Assembly (NCBI GenBank): GCA_003209055.1
Contig: QCTB01000001.1
Coordinates: 1-54,086 of the forward strand
Direction of reading: 5' to 3'
Source of the DNA: Prochlorococcus sp. AG-670-O13
GTDB lineage: Bacteria; Cyanobacteriota; Cyanobacteriia; PCC-6307; Cyanobiaceae
DNA length: 54,086 bases
Position 1 is the stretch's first letter; each line of letters starts with the position of its first letter. The notes under the pieces are model-generated. The model was not told the DNA's origin. It ran no database searches and saw only the letters and a list, made by a program, of their open reading frames with translations. Of this stretch, positions 10,127 through 19,167 are shown piece by piece. The translations under genes and the position numbers were made by a program.

Positions 10127-10984
10127 ATGATTACAAGTAAAACGTCATTTCTTGCTTTGATTGGAAACCCAGTAAGTCAATCTTTATCTCCAATAATGCA
10201 AAATGCAGCTATTCAATATTTAGGCCTTGATTTAATTTACATTGCAATTCCATGTAAAAAAGAAAACCTAGAAGTAGTTATTAATGCTTTAAAAAAAATG
10301 AATTGTAAAGGGCTAAATATCACAATTCCTTTTAAACAAACAGTATTTGATCACTGTGATGAAATATCTCCAGTTGCAAAAAGAGTAAAAGCTATAAATA
10401 CTCTTAAATTAAAAAAAGACAATTATTGGAGCGGAACGAATACCGATATTGATGGATTTATCTATCCTTTAAAAAACCTTAATTTAATAAAAAAGACTTC
10501 TATAGTTCTAGGCTCTGGAGGCGCAGCAAGATCAGTAATTCAAGGTCTCATAAATTTAAAATTATCAAAAATCTCAATCATTTCACGTAATAAAAATTCA
10601 TTGAATGATTTAATAGCCAACTTTAAAAATGACATCAAAATAGAAGGTTTACTAAATAGTGATATTAAAATTGATAGTTTAATTCAAGAAACGGATTTAA
10701 TAGTTAATACAACACCTGTAGGAATGAATAAAACCACAAATGATAATGAAATACCATTTGGTCAAAGTTTTTGGAAAAACATAAACTCAAATACAATTAT
10801 TTACGATCTAATTTACAATCCTTCTCCTACTCCGTTTCTAAAATTTTGCGATAGAAAAGGATGCATGACTATTGATGGTATACAAATGCTAATTGCTCAA
10901 GGAGCTAAATCTTTATCATTCTGGACAAATGGATTAGAAGTACCCTTCGAAGTTATGCATGATGCAATAAAAAAATATCTTTAA
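10127..10984 (+). CDS. aroE: Shikimate dehydrogenase
   Basis: IGNPVSQSLSP, GLNITIPFK, NTDIDG, GSGGAA, DLIYNP. ATG at 10127 preferred over GTG 10079, which lies inside the dnaK regulatory motif. Confidence 0.93.
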   Translation: MITSKTSFLALIGNPVSQSLSPIMQNAAIQYLGLDLIYIAIPCKKENLEVVINALKKMNCKGLNITIPFKQTVFDHCDEISPVAKRVKAINTLKLKKDNYWSGTNTDIDGFIYPLKNLNLIKKTSIVLGSGGAARSVIQGLINLKLSKISIISRNKNSLNDLIANFKNDIKIEGLLNSDIKIDSLIQETDLIVNTTPVGMNKTTNDNEIPFGQSFWKNINSNTIIYDLIYNPSPTPFLKFCDRKGCMTIDGIQMLIAQGAKSLSFWTNGLEVPFEVMHDAIKKYL

Positions 10985-11093
10985 AAAAATAATTAAATTT
11001 ATTTACAAGAATTTTGACCTTGATAATGTATCGTAAGTAATGAACAGACGTCCATTAAACATATATTGGGCCAAAGACCTTGTCTGAAAAATT

Positions 11094-11561
11094 ATGATTG
11101 ATCAAATTTATTACGAAACAATGTATATCCTTCGTCCAGACATTCCGGAGGATGAAGTAACTAATCATATTGATAAATACAATAAACTTCTTGAAGAACT
11201 AGGAGGAAAAATATTGGATAGTCAAATGAGAGGTAAAAGAAGATTAGCTTATCAAATAGCAAAACACAGAGAAGGAATATATGTTCAGCTAAGTCATCAA
11301 GGTGATGGCCAACATATCTTCAAAATTGAAAAAGCAATGCGTTTAAGTGAAGATGTTATTAGATATTTGACAGTCAAACAAGAGGGGCCTTTACCAACAC
11401 CTAGATCATCAAATAAAAGTTCTAATCAATCAGATCACAAAGAAAGTAAAGGTATTGATTTAAACAATAATTCAGATTCTAAAGCTGAAGAATCAAATGA
11501 TAAAAAGACAGTAATTTCAGAAACTCCTAATCCTGAAATTAAAGAGCCAGTAGAATCTTGA
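11094..11561 (+). CDS. rpsF: 30S ribosomal protein S6 with a long low-complexity C-terminal tail
   Basis: [32 protein letters not shown]. Confidence 0.95.
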   Translation: MIDQIYYETMYILRPDIPEDEVTNHIDKYNKLLEELGGKILDSQMRGKRRLAYQIAKHREGIYVQLSHQGDGQHIFKIEKAMRLSEDVIRYLTVKQEGPLPTPRSSNKSSNQSDHKESKGIDLNNNSDSKAEESNDKKTVISETPNPEIKEPVES

Positions 11562-11564
11562 ATT

Positions 11565-12779
11565 TTAATCAATCTTTTTTGAATTTAATTCTGCCCATAT
11601 TTTATTAGACATCCCCCACATATAAATAAATCCCTCAGCCTGCTCGTGGTTAAAAATATCATCTTTACTATAAGTTGCTAAATCTTCTCTATAAAGAGAA
11701 TTATTTTCAGAAGATCTACCAATTACTATTGCATTTCCTTTATGTAATCTTATTTTCACCCTTCCATTAACGGAAGTTTGGGTTGCATTAATGAAACCAT
11801 CTAATGCTTTCTTTAAAGGACCAAACCAAAATCCCTGATAAACTAGTTGGCCCCATTTTTTTTCAACTAAATTTTTAAAATCTAAAACATCTGGATTTAA
11901 TGTAATGCTTTCAAGTTCTTGATGTGCTTTTATCAAAAGTAAAAGGCCAGGTGTCTCATAGATTTCTCTACTCTTAATACCAACTACTCTATCTTCGATC
12001 ATATCTATTCTTCCAAAACCGTGCTCTCCTGCTAAAATATTTGCCTTTTGAATAATCTCAACAGGACTTAAAGATTCATTACCTATTCCAATGGGAAATC
12101 CATTTTTAAATACAATTTCGATGTCTTTTGGAGAATTTGGTGCGTCATGAATAGAAGAAGTCATAGCAAAAACATCTTCGTTCGGTTCTTGCATTGGATC
12201 TTCCAATAAACCAGCTTCAATACTACGACCAAGAAGATTTACATCAATAGAATACGGTGACTTCTTAGAAACAGGAGCAGGAATACCAAATTTTTCTCCA
12301 TATAAGATAGCTTCTTCCCTACTCATCTTCCATTCTCTAGCAGGTGTAATTATCTGTAAATCAGGCCCTAAAGCATGAATAGCTAAATCAAACCTTACTT
12401 GATCATTTCCTTTTCCTGTACATCCATGAGCTACTGCATCTGCATTTAATTCTCTTGCCAAATTTACAAGGTTTTCAGCAATCAAAGGTCTAGCTAAAGC
12501 AGTTGATAAAGGATACTTTTCTCCATAGAGTGCATTTGCTCTAATTGCTGGGAAAGCATACTTTTCTACAAAATTATCTACTAAATTACCAATAACCGAT
12601 TCTGTCGCACCAGAATCTAGAGCCTTTTGTCTAATACTTTCTAAATCATCTCCTTGACCAAGGTCAGCTACAAAAGTTACAACTTCTGAAATTCCATATT
12701 CATTTTTTAAATAAGGAATGCAAACACTAGTATCTACTCCTCCTGAGTAGGCAAGAACAACTTTTTTTACCTGCTGCAT
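11565..12779 (-). CDS. argG: Argininosuccinate synthase
   Basis: [35 protein letters not shown]. Confidence 0.97.
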   Translation of the reverse strand: MQQVKKVVLAYSGGVDTSVCIPYLKNEYGISEVVTFVADLGQGDDLESIRQKALDSGATESVIGNLVDNFVEKYAFPAIRANALYGEKYPLSTALARPLIAENLVNLARELNADAVAHGCTGKGNDQVRFDLAIHALGPDLQIITPAREWKMSREEAILYGEKFGIPAPVSKKSPYSIDVNLLGRSIEAGLLEDPMQEPNEDVFAMTSSIHDAPNSPKDIEIVFKNGFPIGIGNESLSPVEIIQKANILAGEHGFGRIDMIEDRVVGIKSREIYETPGLLLLIKAHQELESITLNPDVLDFKNLVEKKWGQLVYQGFWFGPLKKALDGFINATQTSVNGRVKIRLHKGNAIVIGRSSENNSLYREDLATYSKDDIFNHEQAEGFIYMWGMSNKIWAELNSKKID

Positions 12780-12817
12780 TAAAATACCTCCAATGAAAGT
12801 CTTAGATCTTAATTTCC

Positions 12818-13027
12818 TTAAACTTTCAAAATTTTATTAAAAACTAATATTATTGTAACTACAAGTGCTGGACCCAAAACTAGTAAAAGAACAAGATAGT
12901 TATTAATTAATAAACTCTCTGGATTAAATAAACCATAAAATCTAAAAAAAATAGCAAGCAGAGCTGAAATTGGCCAAATTAAAACATATTTTAAATTTTC
13001 TTTATTAAACAAATTTTTTAAATGCAT
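12818..13027 (-). CDS. Small hypothetical membrane protein (2 TM)
   Basis: 69-aa ORF with two hydrophobic stretches that fills the argG-DUF3134 spacer. Confidence 0.55.
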   Translation of the reverse strand: MHLKNLFNKENLKYVLIWPISALLAIFFRFYGLFNPESLLINNYLVLLLVLGPALVVTIILVFNKILKV

Positions 13028-13065
13028 GTTTATGTACTATCTTATAAGAAGGTAAATGTTTTTTA

Positions 13066-13344
13066 ATGGACTCTAATAAACTTCAACTTAGATTAAATGA
13101 AATTGCTGAGGTAAACCCAGCATTAACATGCTTTCACAGAGAAGACCCTGCACCTGTATTGCCCTTAAGAGAAGAACCTGATCTTCTATCCTGGCTAGAG
13201 GAAACAGGAAGACTTGTGACAGAAAAAGATGGAGACTCTCAAGAAATTAGTACAATTGAAGAAGAAGAACTTTCAGCTTTGATGGGAGAAAAAGAAGATT
13301 ATAAAACCGAAGAAGATTCTTCAGAAGATGATTGGGAAGACTAA
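13066..13344 (+). CDS. DUF3134-like cyanobacterial protein
   Basis: NPAL...REDPAPVLP...DLLSWLEETGRL followed by an acidic tail; overlaps the mraY start. Confidence 0.7.
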   Translation: MDSNKLQLRLNEIAEVNPALTCFHREDPAPVLPLREEPDLLSWLEETGRLVTEKDGDSQEISTIEEEELSALMGEKEDYKTEEDSSEDDWED

Positions 13345-14404
13345 AGCACTTAATTTCACTTCTTTACTTTCTTTAATTTTATTTTCATTAATAGTAAATT
13401 CTTTAGTTTTTAGTAATTTGCTTATAATTAATATTTTTCTTATATATTTTTTAATTTCTTTATTAATAACAAAATATGGTTTTAAAATAATTACTCAATT
13501 AAATCTTTTGCAGAATATTAGGGATGAAGGACCCGCACTGCATTTAAAAAAGAAAAATACTCCTACAATGGGTGGGATATTCATCATCTTGCCCTTTTTA
13601 TTACTACTTTTAGTAGTAAATAATAATTTTGATTCTATTGGAATATTATTATTATTTTTTTGTACATTAGGGTTTTTTATTATAGGATTTTTAGATGATT
13701 ATTTAAGCATTACAAACAAACAAAATACAGGTTTAAAAGCTACTGAAAAATTTACATTACAAGCTTTTATTTCAATATTGTTCATCGCGCTGTCATCTCA
13801 AAACAATTATCTTAACCCCCTAATTACTTTCTCTAATAATTGGAACATAGATGCTAATCTAATGGTTTTTCCAATATATTTTATTACCTTAGTAGGTTTG
13901 AGTAATGCAGTAAATTTAACTGATGGCCTAGACGGATTAGCTTCTGGTTGCAGCTCAATAGTCTTTTATGGCTTAGGAACAGAAATATTTATTAATGGTC
14001 AAAAGGAATTAATGATTTACGGTCTTATTTCCTATGCTATGTCTGGTTTATGTATGGGCTTTCTAAAATTTAATAAATATCCTGCAAAGATATTTATGGG
14101 TGACACAGGATCATTAACAATTGGTGCATCATTAGCATCTATTGCAATATTAACTAATAGTTTTTTTACGTTATTTATTATGTCAGGAGTATTTATTATT
14201 GAAGCTTTATCAGTAATTATTCAAGTTGGGTTTTTTAAAATCACAAGAAGAATATTTCAAAATGGAAGAAGAGTTTTTTTAATGACTCCTATTCATCATC
14301 ATTTTGAACTAAAAGGTATGAAAGAAGAAAAAATAGTTGAAAATTTCTGGAAAATAAACATATTATTCGTTGTTTTAGGTATAGTTTTAAAAATATATCT
14401 TTAA
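13328..14404 (+). CDS. mraY: Phospho-N-acetylmuramoyl-pentapeptide transferase
   Basis: KNTPTMGG, GFLDD, NAVNLTDGLDGL, IFMGDTGS, PIHHHFEL. Confidence 0.96.
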   Translation: MIGKTKALNFTSLLSLILFSLIVNSLVFSNLLIINIFLIYFLISLLITKYGFKIITQLNLLQNIRDEGPALHLKKKNTPTMGGIFIILPFLLLLLVVNNNFDSIGILLLFFCTLGFFIIGFLDDYLSITNKQNTGLKATEKFTLQAFISILFIALSSQNNYLNPLITFSNNWNIDANLMVFPIYFITLVGLSNAVNLTDGLDGLASGCSSIVFYGLGTEIFINGQKELMIYGLISYAMSGLCMGFLKFNKYPAKIFMGDTGSLTIGASLASIAILTNSFFTLFIMSGVFIIEALSVIIQVGFFKITRRIFQNGRRVFLMTPIHHHFELKGMKEEKIVENFWKINILFVVLGIVLKIYL

Positions 14405-14418
14405 AAATATTATTTAAT

Positions 14419-14679
14419 ATGAGTTTCTTTACATGGAAGGATGATGGATTAACAAGTGACTGTGCAAGTCTTGATGCAATGGCTTCTCGATTTGAAGAAA
14501 CAGCAAATTTAATAAAAAAATTATCTCAAAAAGGATTTAAATTAAAAAACACACACAAAAATAAATTAATTATTCATTCTGATCCCGAAATTTTTGATCA
14601 GTGGGGTTTTATAAGTGAAGAACTACCTTTTAAACAACTTTCTTTAATTCCAGATGATGAGACTATTGTTGATTTTTGA
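14419..14679 (+). CDS. Hypothetical protein (86 aa)
   Basis: ATG 14 nt after mraY; protein-like composition; 3' end overlaps sps on the opposite strand. Confidence 0.6.
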   Translation: MSFFTWKDDGLTSDCASLDAMASRFEETANLIKKLSQKGFKLKNTHKNKLIIHSDPEIFDQWGFISEELPFKQLSLIPDDETIVDF

Positions 14680-16010
14680 TATTGTTTTGTCAGAGCTGAT
14701 AAATAATTTCTAACGTGAGTATTCCAACTAAAATGTCTATGGACCCCTTCAATTCCATTTTTACTCCATAATTTCCATTGAGAACTATTTGAAATACCTC
14801 TTTCAAGAGCAATTTTCAATTTATTAATATCAGTCACATCAACTAGTAAGCCATTTTCACATTTTGAGTGAATCTCTTTAGGACCTCCATCATCCGTTGC
14901 AATAATTGGCAACCCACAAGAAGAAGCTTCAAGCAATGTTAAGCCAAAAGGCTCTGTTAATGCAGGGTTTACAAAAATTCCACATCGGCTGGCAGCCCAT
15001 CTATATAAAGCAGGAATGTTTGCTGGAGTATGTTTCTTGGGATAAGCTACTTTTCCATATAAATTATATTTATCTATCATTTCAAAAATCTTTTGAAAAA
15101 CATCTCTTTGCTGAGAATCAAGTTTTGATGTATTGTCTCTACAACCTAAAACCAAAACCAAGTTAGCTTTTCTTTTTAATTTTTCTGATCGTCCATATGC
15201 TTCAACTAGAGAAGGGATATTTTTTCTTCTTACTGCTCTAGAAATAGCCAAAAGTGGAGGTTTTCTTAAATCTTTCAAAAATGGAAGCATCATATTATCA
15301 ATTTCAGAAGTCTCAGTTGTTGAATGAATATGATGAAATTTATTATGATCGACTCCAGGAGCAATAACTTTTGATTTTTCAGGTAAAAAGGAGTTGTATT
15401 GAGAATATTGACATACAGATTCTTGTTTAGTGCTTGTCACGACAATATCTGCATATCTTAAAGCTTCTTCTTCTGCATTGATTCTTTTACCAATGCAATA
15501 CAACTTTTCAATTTGATTAATTTTTAAACCAGCCTCAATTAGTTTTCTTTTTTTTTCTCTACCTAAGGAATGACCAGTAAAAATAAAAGGCACTTTCAAA
15601 GCCTGGCTTAATTGAACTCCTACATAACCAGCATCTGCATAATGCGCATGTATGAAATTTGGCGTGTTCTCGTGTTTTTGATAATACTTAATCAGATCAT
15701 GAGTTAATTCGTCTAAATACGGCCAAAGTAATTCTTTTCTTAAATACTTATTAGGTCCAAATTGAAATCTTAAGATTTGAGCTCCAGGTTCAATAAATTC
15801 TTTTTCTTTTGAATAAGAGCTATCAATCTTATTATCATTAATAAGACGAGTAACTAAATCCACTTGATCAACTTGAGAAGTATTCGCTAAGCTTTTTACT
15901 AATTCCAATACATATTGCGTCTGCCCACCAGTATCTGAATCTCTACCTAATTCAAGATTATTAGAACGTATTAAACCATGTAAATGTAAATGTAAAAATT
16001 TCAAAGTCAT
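14598..16010 (-). CDS. sps: Sucrose-phosphate synthase (GT-B glycosyltransferase domain only)
   Basis: HGLIRSNNLELGRDSDTGGQ, HAHYAD, FTGHSLG, FVNPALTEPFGLTLLEA; likely start ATG 16010. Confidence 0.9.
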   Translation of the reverse strand: MTLKFLHLHLHGLIRSNNLELGRDSDTGGQTQYVLELVKSLANTSQVDQVDLVTRLINDNKIDSSYSKEKEFIEPGAQILRFQFGPNKYLRKELLWPYLDELTHDLIKYYQKHENTPNFIHAHYADAGYVGVQLSQALKVPFIFTGHSLGREKKRKLIEAGLKINQIEKLYCIGKRINAEEEALRYADIVVTSTKQESVCQYSQYNSFLPEKSKVIAPGVDHNKFHHIHSTTETSEIDNMMLPFLKDLRKPPLLAISRAVRRKNIPSLVEAYGRSEKLKRKANLVLVLGCRDNTSKLDSQQRDVFQKIFEMIDKYNLYGKVAYPKKHTPANIPALYRWAASRCGIFVNPALTEPFGLTLLEASSCGLPIIATDDGGPKEIHSKCENGLLVDVTDINKLKIALERGISNSSQWKLWSKNGIEGVHRHFSWNTHVRNYLSALTKQYQKSTIVSSSGIKESCLKGSSSLIKPH

Positions 16011-16213
16011 TAAAGCAATGCTTAAATACAATCCAGTATTAGAAATAAACTATATTTCGCTTAAAAAATATTAAGAAAGCATTATGATTTTCAATTTCTA
16101 AAAAGGAATAAATATAAATAGTTAATGCTACAACACGCTTTTAATCACTTTCTGAAAGAATACTAAATAAGTAATTACATAAGCAATACGAAGAAATACA
16201 ACTAATAAATTGC

Positions 16214-19114
16214 TCAATTTAAAGCTTCTTTTAGATATTTAGCTGTATAACTTGTTGAATGATTAGCAACGTCTTCAGGTGTACCTTCAACTATTATCTC
16301 TCCACCTTTATCACCTCCATCAGGTCCAAGATCAATTATCCAGTCTGAACATCTAATAACATCCAAATTATGTTCTATAACAACAACGGAATTACCCTTA
16401 TCTACTAAACGTTGAATTACATCCATAAGTTTATGAACATCATAAAAACTTAATCCGGTTGTTGGCTCATCAATTAAATACAAAGTTTTACCTGTAGCTC
16501 GTTTAGACAATTCAGTTGCTAATTTAACTCTTTGAGCTTCACCACCAGATAATGTTGGTGCAGGCTGGCCTAATTTGACATAACCAAGGCCTACATCAAC
16601 TAAGGTAGATAATCTATCCGCTGCTTGAGGGATAGCGGAAAACGTTTCAGCAGCCTGCTCAACAGTCATCTCTAAAACATCTGAAATATTAAAACCTTTA
16701 TATTTCACTTGAAGGGTTTCTCTATTAAATCGAGCCCCCTTACATACATCACATTGAACATAAACGTCCGGTAAAAAATTCATTTCAATAACATTTACCC
16801 CTTGTCCTCTACACGCTTCGCATCTACCTCCTTTTACATTAAAACTAAATTGCCCAGCTTGATAACCTCTTGCTTTAGCTTCAACAGTAGCGGTAAATAA
16901 CTGTCTAATTGGATCAAAAGCTCCAGTATAAGTTGCAGGATTTGATCTAGGTGTTCTTCCAATAGGAGATTGATCAATAACAATCACCTTATCTATAGCT
17001 TTTATACCTTTTAACTCTTTAACCCCTTTAGGAAAGGGAACTTTTAAACCAAGAGAATGACAAAGTGCGGGATGCAACAATTCATTAACTAAGGTACTTT
17101 TTCCACTCCCACTTACTCCAGTTACAGAAACTAATCTCCCCAATGGAAATTCAACGGATATATCTTTTAAATTATTCTTAGTACAGTTATTCAATATTAA
17201 ACTTTTCTTAACTGAAGACCTACGCTCTGTGGGTGTAGGTATTGACTTCCTCCCACTAAGATATGCCCCAGTCAAGGATTTATCTGAGTTTAAAACATCA
17301 TCAAATGTACCTTTCGCAATAATCTCTCCACCATAAACGCCTGCGCCTGGACCTATGTCTACAAGATAATCAGCTGACTTCATAGTATCCTCATCATGTT
17401 CGACAACAACTAGAGTATTGCCAAGGTCTCTAAGATTCTTCAATGTTTCAAGCAATCTATCATTATCTCTTTGATGTAAACCGATGCTAGGTTCATCTAA
17501 TACATATAAGACTCCAGTTAAACCAGCTCCTATTTGAGTTGCTAATCTAATACGTTGAGCTTCCCCGCCTGATAAAGTCATCGCAGGCCTATCTAAAGTT
17601 AAATAATCTAAACCTACATTAATGAGAAACTTTAAACGCAATCGAATTTCTTTTAGAACTAATTCACCAATTTGTTTTTGTTTCTCAGATAAAGAAATAT
17701 TTTCTATATTATTTTTACCTAATCCCATTATCTTCTCAATATGAAATAAAGTTTCCGAAACGCTAATAGAAGTCAAATCAGTAATATTGTACGGTCCAAT
17801 CTTTACTGCAAGAGCTTCTGGTTTTAACCTTTTGCCAGAGCATGTTTTGCAAGGAACTAACTCTAAATATTTTTCAAGCTTTTGTTTAACTGATTCTCCA
17901 TTGGATTCACTTAATTGCCTTTCTAAAATTGGCAAAATTCCTTCAAAAGGTCTTTCAAAACCACTAGAAGTTTTAAAGCGACTGTCAGCTTGAATTAAAA
18001 TTGGCTTATCGGATCCTGATAATAAGACGTTTTTTTGTAAATCAGTAAGATTCTTCCAAGGGGTTTTTAATTCAAAACCATAAGCCTGACCAACTGAGTA
18101 AAGTAAAGAAAAATAGTAAGTATTATCCTTTTCACTCCAAGGAGCTATGGCAGCATAGACAGGCAAAGAAGTGTCCGGTATCACCCTATCTGCTGTAAAT
18201 TTCTTTAAATAACCAATACCATGACAATCTGAGCAAGCACCGTAAGGACTATTAAATGAAAATAATCTTGGAGATAGTTCTTCAACAATAGATCCATGAA
18301 CTGGACAAGCATAATTTTCTGAATATAACTTTTCTTTCTCTAAATTTGGAGGTAGAGTTTCACCTTTTTTTGGAACAACTTCAACAATGGAAAGTCCATC
18401 TCCTCTTTTAAGACATGTTTGTAGAGAATCATTTAACCTTTCTTGTATTCCATCTCTCGCAATCAATCTGTCAACTACAACCTCAATGTTATGCGTATGA
18501 TTCTTATCAAGCTCAATACTGTCTGCCAGTTCTCTAACCTCACCGTTAATTCTTACACGAGCAAAGCCTTCCGCAGCTAATCCACTAAGTAATTTGGCAT
18601 GTGTTCCTTTTTTGCCTCTTACGACAGGTGCAAGCAATTGATATCTTGTTCCCTCCGGCAACAAAATTATTTGATCAACCATTTCATCTATTGTTTGAGG
18701 TGCAATTGGCAAACCACAATGATGACAATGAGGCTCTCCAGCTCGTCCAAATAATAATCTCAAATAATCTTGAATTTCAGTTACTGTTCCAACAGTTGAT
18801 CGGGGATTATGACTAGTTGATTTTTGATCTATAGATATTGCAGGAGATAGACCCTCAATATTATCTACATCTGGTTTATCAACCTGACCTAAAAATTGTC
18901 TTGCATAAGCAGAAAGACTTTCTACGTATCTCCTTTGGCCTTCAGCAAAAATAGTATCAAAAGCTAATGAACTCTTACCACTACCACTTACTCCCGTAAA
19001 AACAATAAATTTGTTTCTTGGAAGAGTGAGATCAATATTTTTTAAATTATGTTGTCGAGCACCTCGAATCTTAATTGAATTATCTTCGTTGATCCCAATA
19101 TTTTTTTTAACCAT
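16214..19114 (-). CDS. uvrA: Excinuclease ABC subunit A
   Basis: Two Walker A motifs (GVSGSGKS), two LSGGEAQR signatures, zinc-binding CxxC modules. Confidence 0.98.
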   Translation of the reverse strand: MVKKNIGINEDNSIKIRGARQHNLKNIDLTLPRNKFIVFTGVSGSGKSSLAFDTIFAEGQRRYVESLSAYARQFLGQVDKPDVDNIEGLSPAISIDQKSTSHNPRSTVGTVTEIQDYLRLLFGRAGEPHCHHCGLPIAPQTIDEMVDQIILLPEGTRYQLLAPVVRGKKGTHAKLLSGLAAEGFARVRINGEVRELADSIELDKNHTHNIEVVVDRLIARDGIQERLNDSLQTCLKRGDGLSIVEVVPKKGETLPPNLEKEKLYSENYACPVHGSIVEELSPRLFSFNSPYGACSDCHGIGYLKKFTADRVIPDTSLPVYAAIAPWSEKDNTYYFSLLYSVGQAYGFELKTPWKNLTDLQKNVLLSGSDKPILIQADSRFKTSSGFERPFEGILPILERQLSESNGESVKQKLEKYLELVPCKTCSGKRLKPEALAVKIGPYNITDLTSISVSETLFHIEKIMGLGKNNIENISLSEKQKQIGELVLKEIRLRLKFLINVGLDYLTLDRPAMTLSGGEAQRIRLATQIGAGLTGVLYVLDEPSIGLHQRDNDRLLETLKNLRDLGNTLVVVEHDEDTMKSADYLVDIGPGAGVYGGEIIAKGTFDDVLNSDKSLTGAYLSGRKSIPTPTERRSSVKKSLILNNCTKNNLKDISVEFPLGRLVSVTGVSGSGKSTLVNELLHPALCHSLGLKVPFPKGVKELKGIKAIDKVIVIDQSPIGRTPRSNPATYTGAFDPIRQLFTATVEAKARGYQAGQFSFNVKGGRCEACRGQGVNVIEMNFLPDVYVQCDVCKGARFNRETLQVKYKGFNISDVLEMTVEQAAETFSAIPQAADRLSTLVDVGLGYVKLGQPAPTLSGGEAQRVKLATELSKRATGKTLYLIDEPTTGLSFYDVHKLMDVIQRLVDKGNSVVVIEHNLDVIRCSDWIIDLGPDGGDKGGEIIVEGTPEDVANHSTSYTAKYLKEALN

Positions 19115-19145
19115 GCTTAAATCTTAAATGATTTAAAGAATTCTT

Positions 19146-19151
19146 ATTATA
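19146..19151 (-). promoter_or_regulatory. Putative -10 element (TATAAT) for uvrA
   Basis: Perfect TATAAT on the minus strand about 32 nt upstream of the uvrA ATG; the AT-rich background lowers its specificity. Confidence 0.4.
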
Positions 19152-19167
19152 GTGGATATTCTTTAAT

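Noticed and set aside
16032-16213. About 180-bp sps-uvrA spacer as a possible sRNA
   Set aside because: Only short AT-rich dyads (GTAATTAC, CTTTC-T-GAAAG) and no stable stem or terminator; cannot be supported without RNA-seq.
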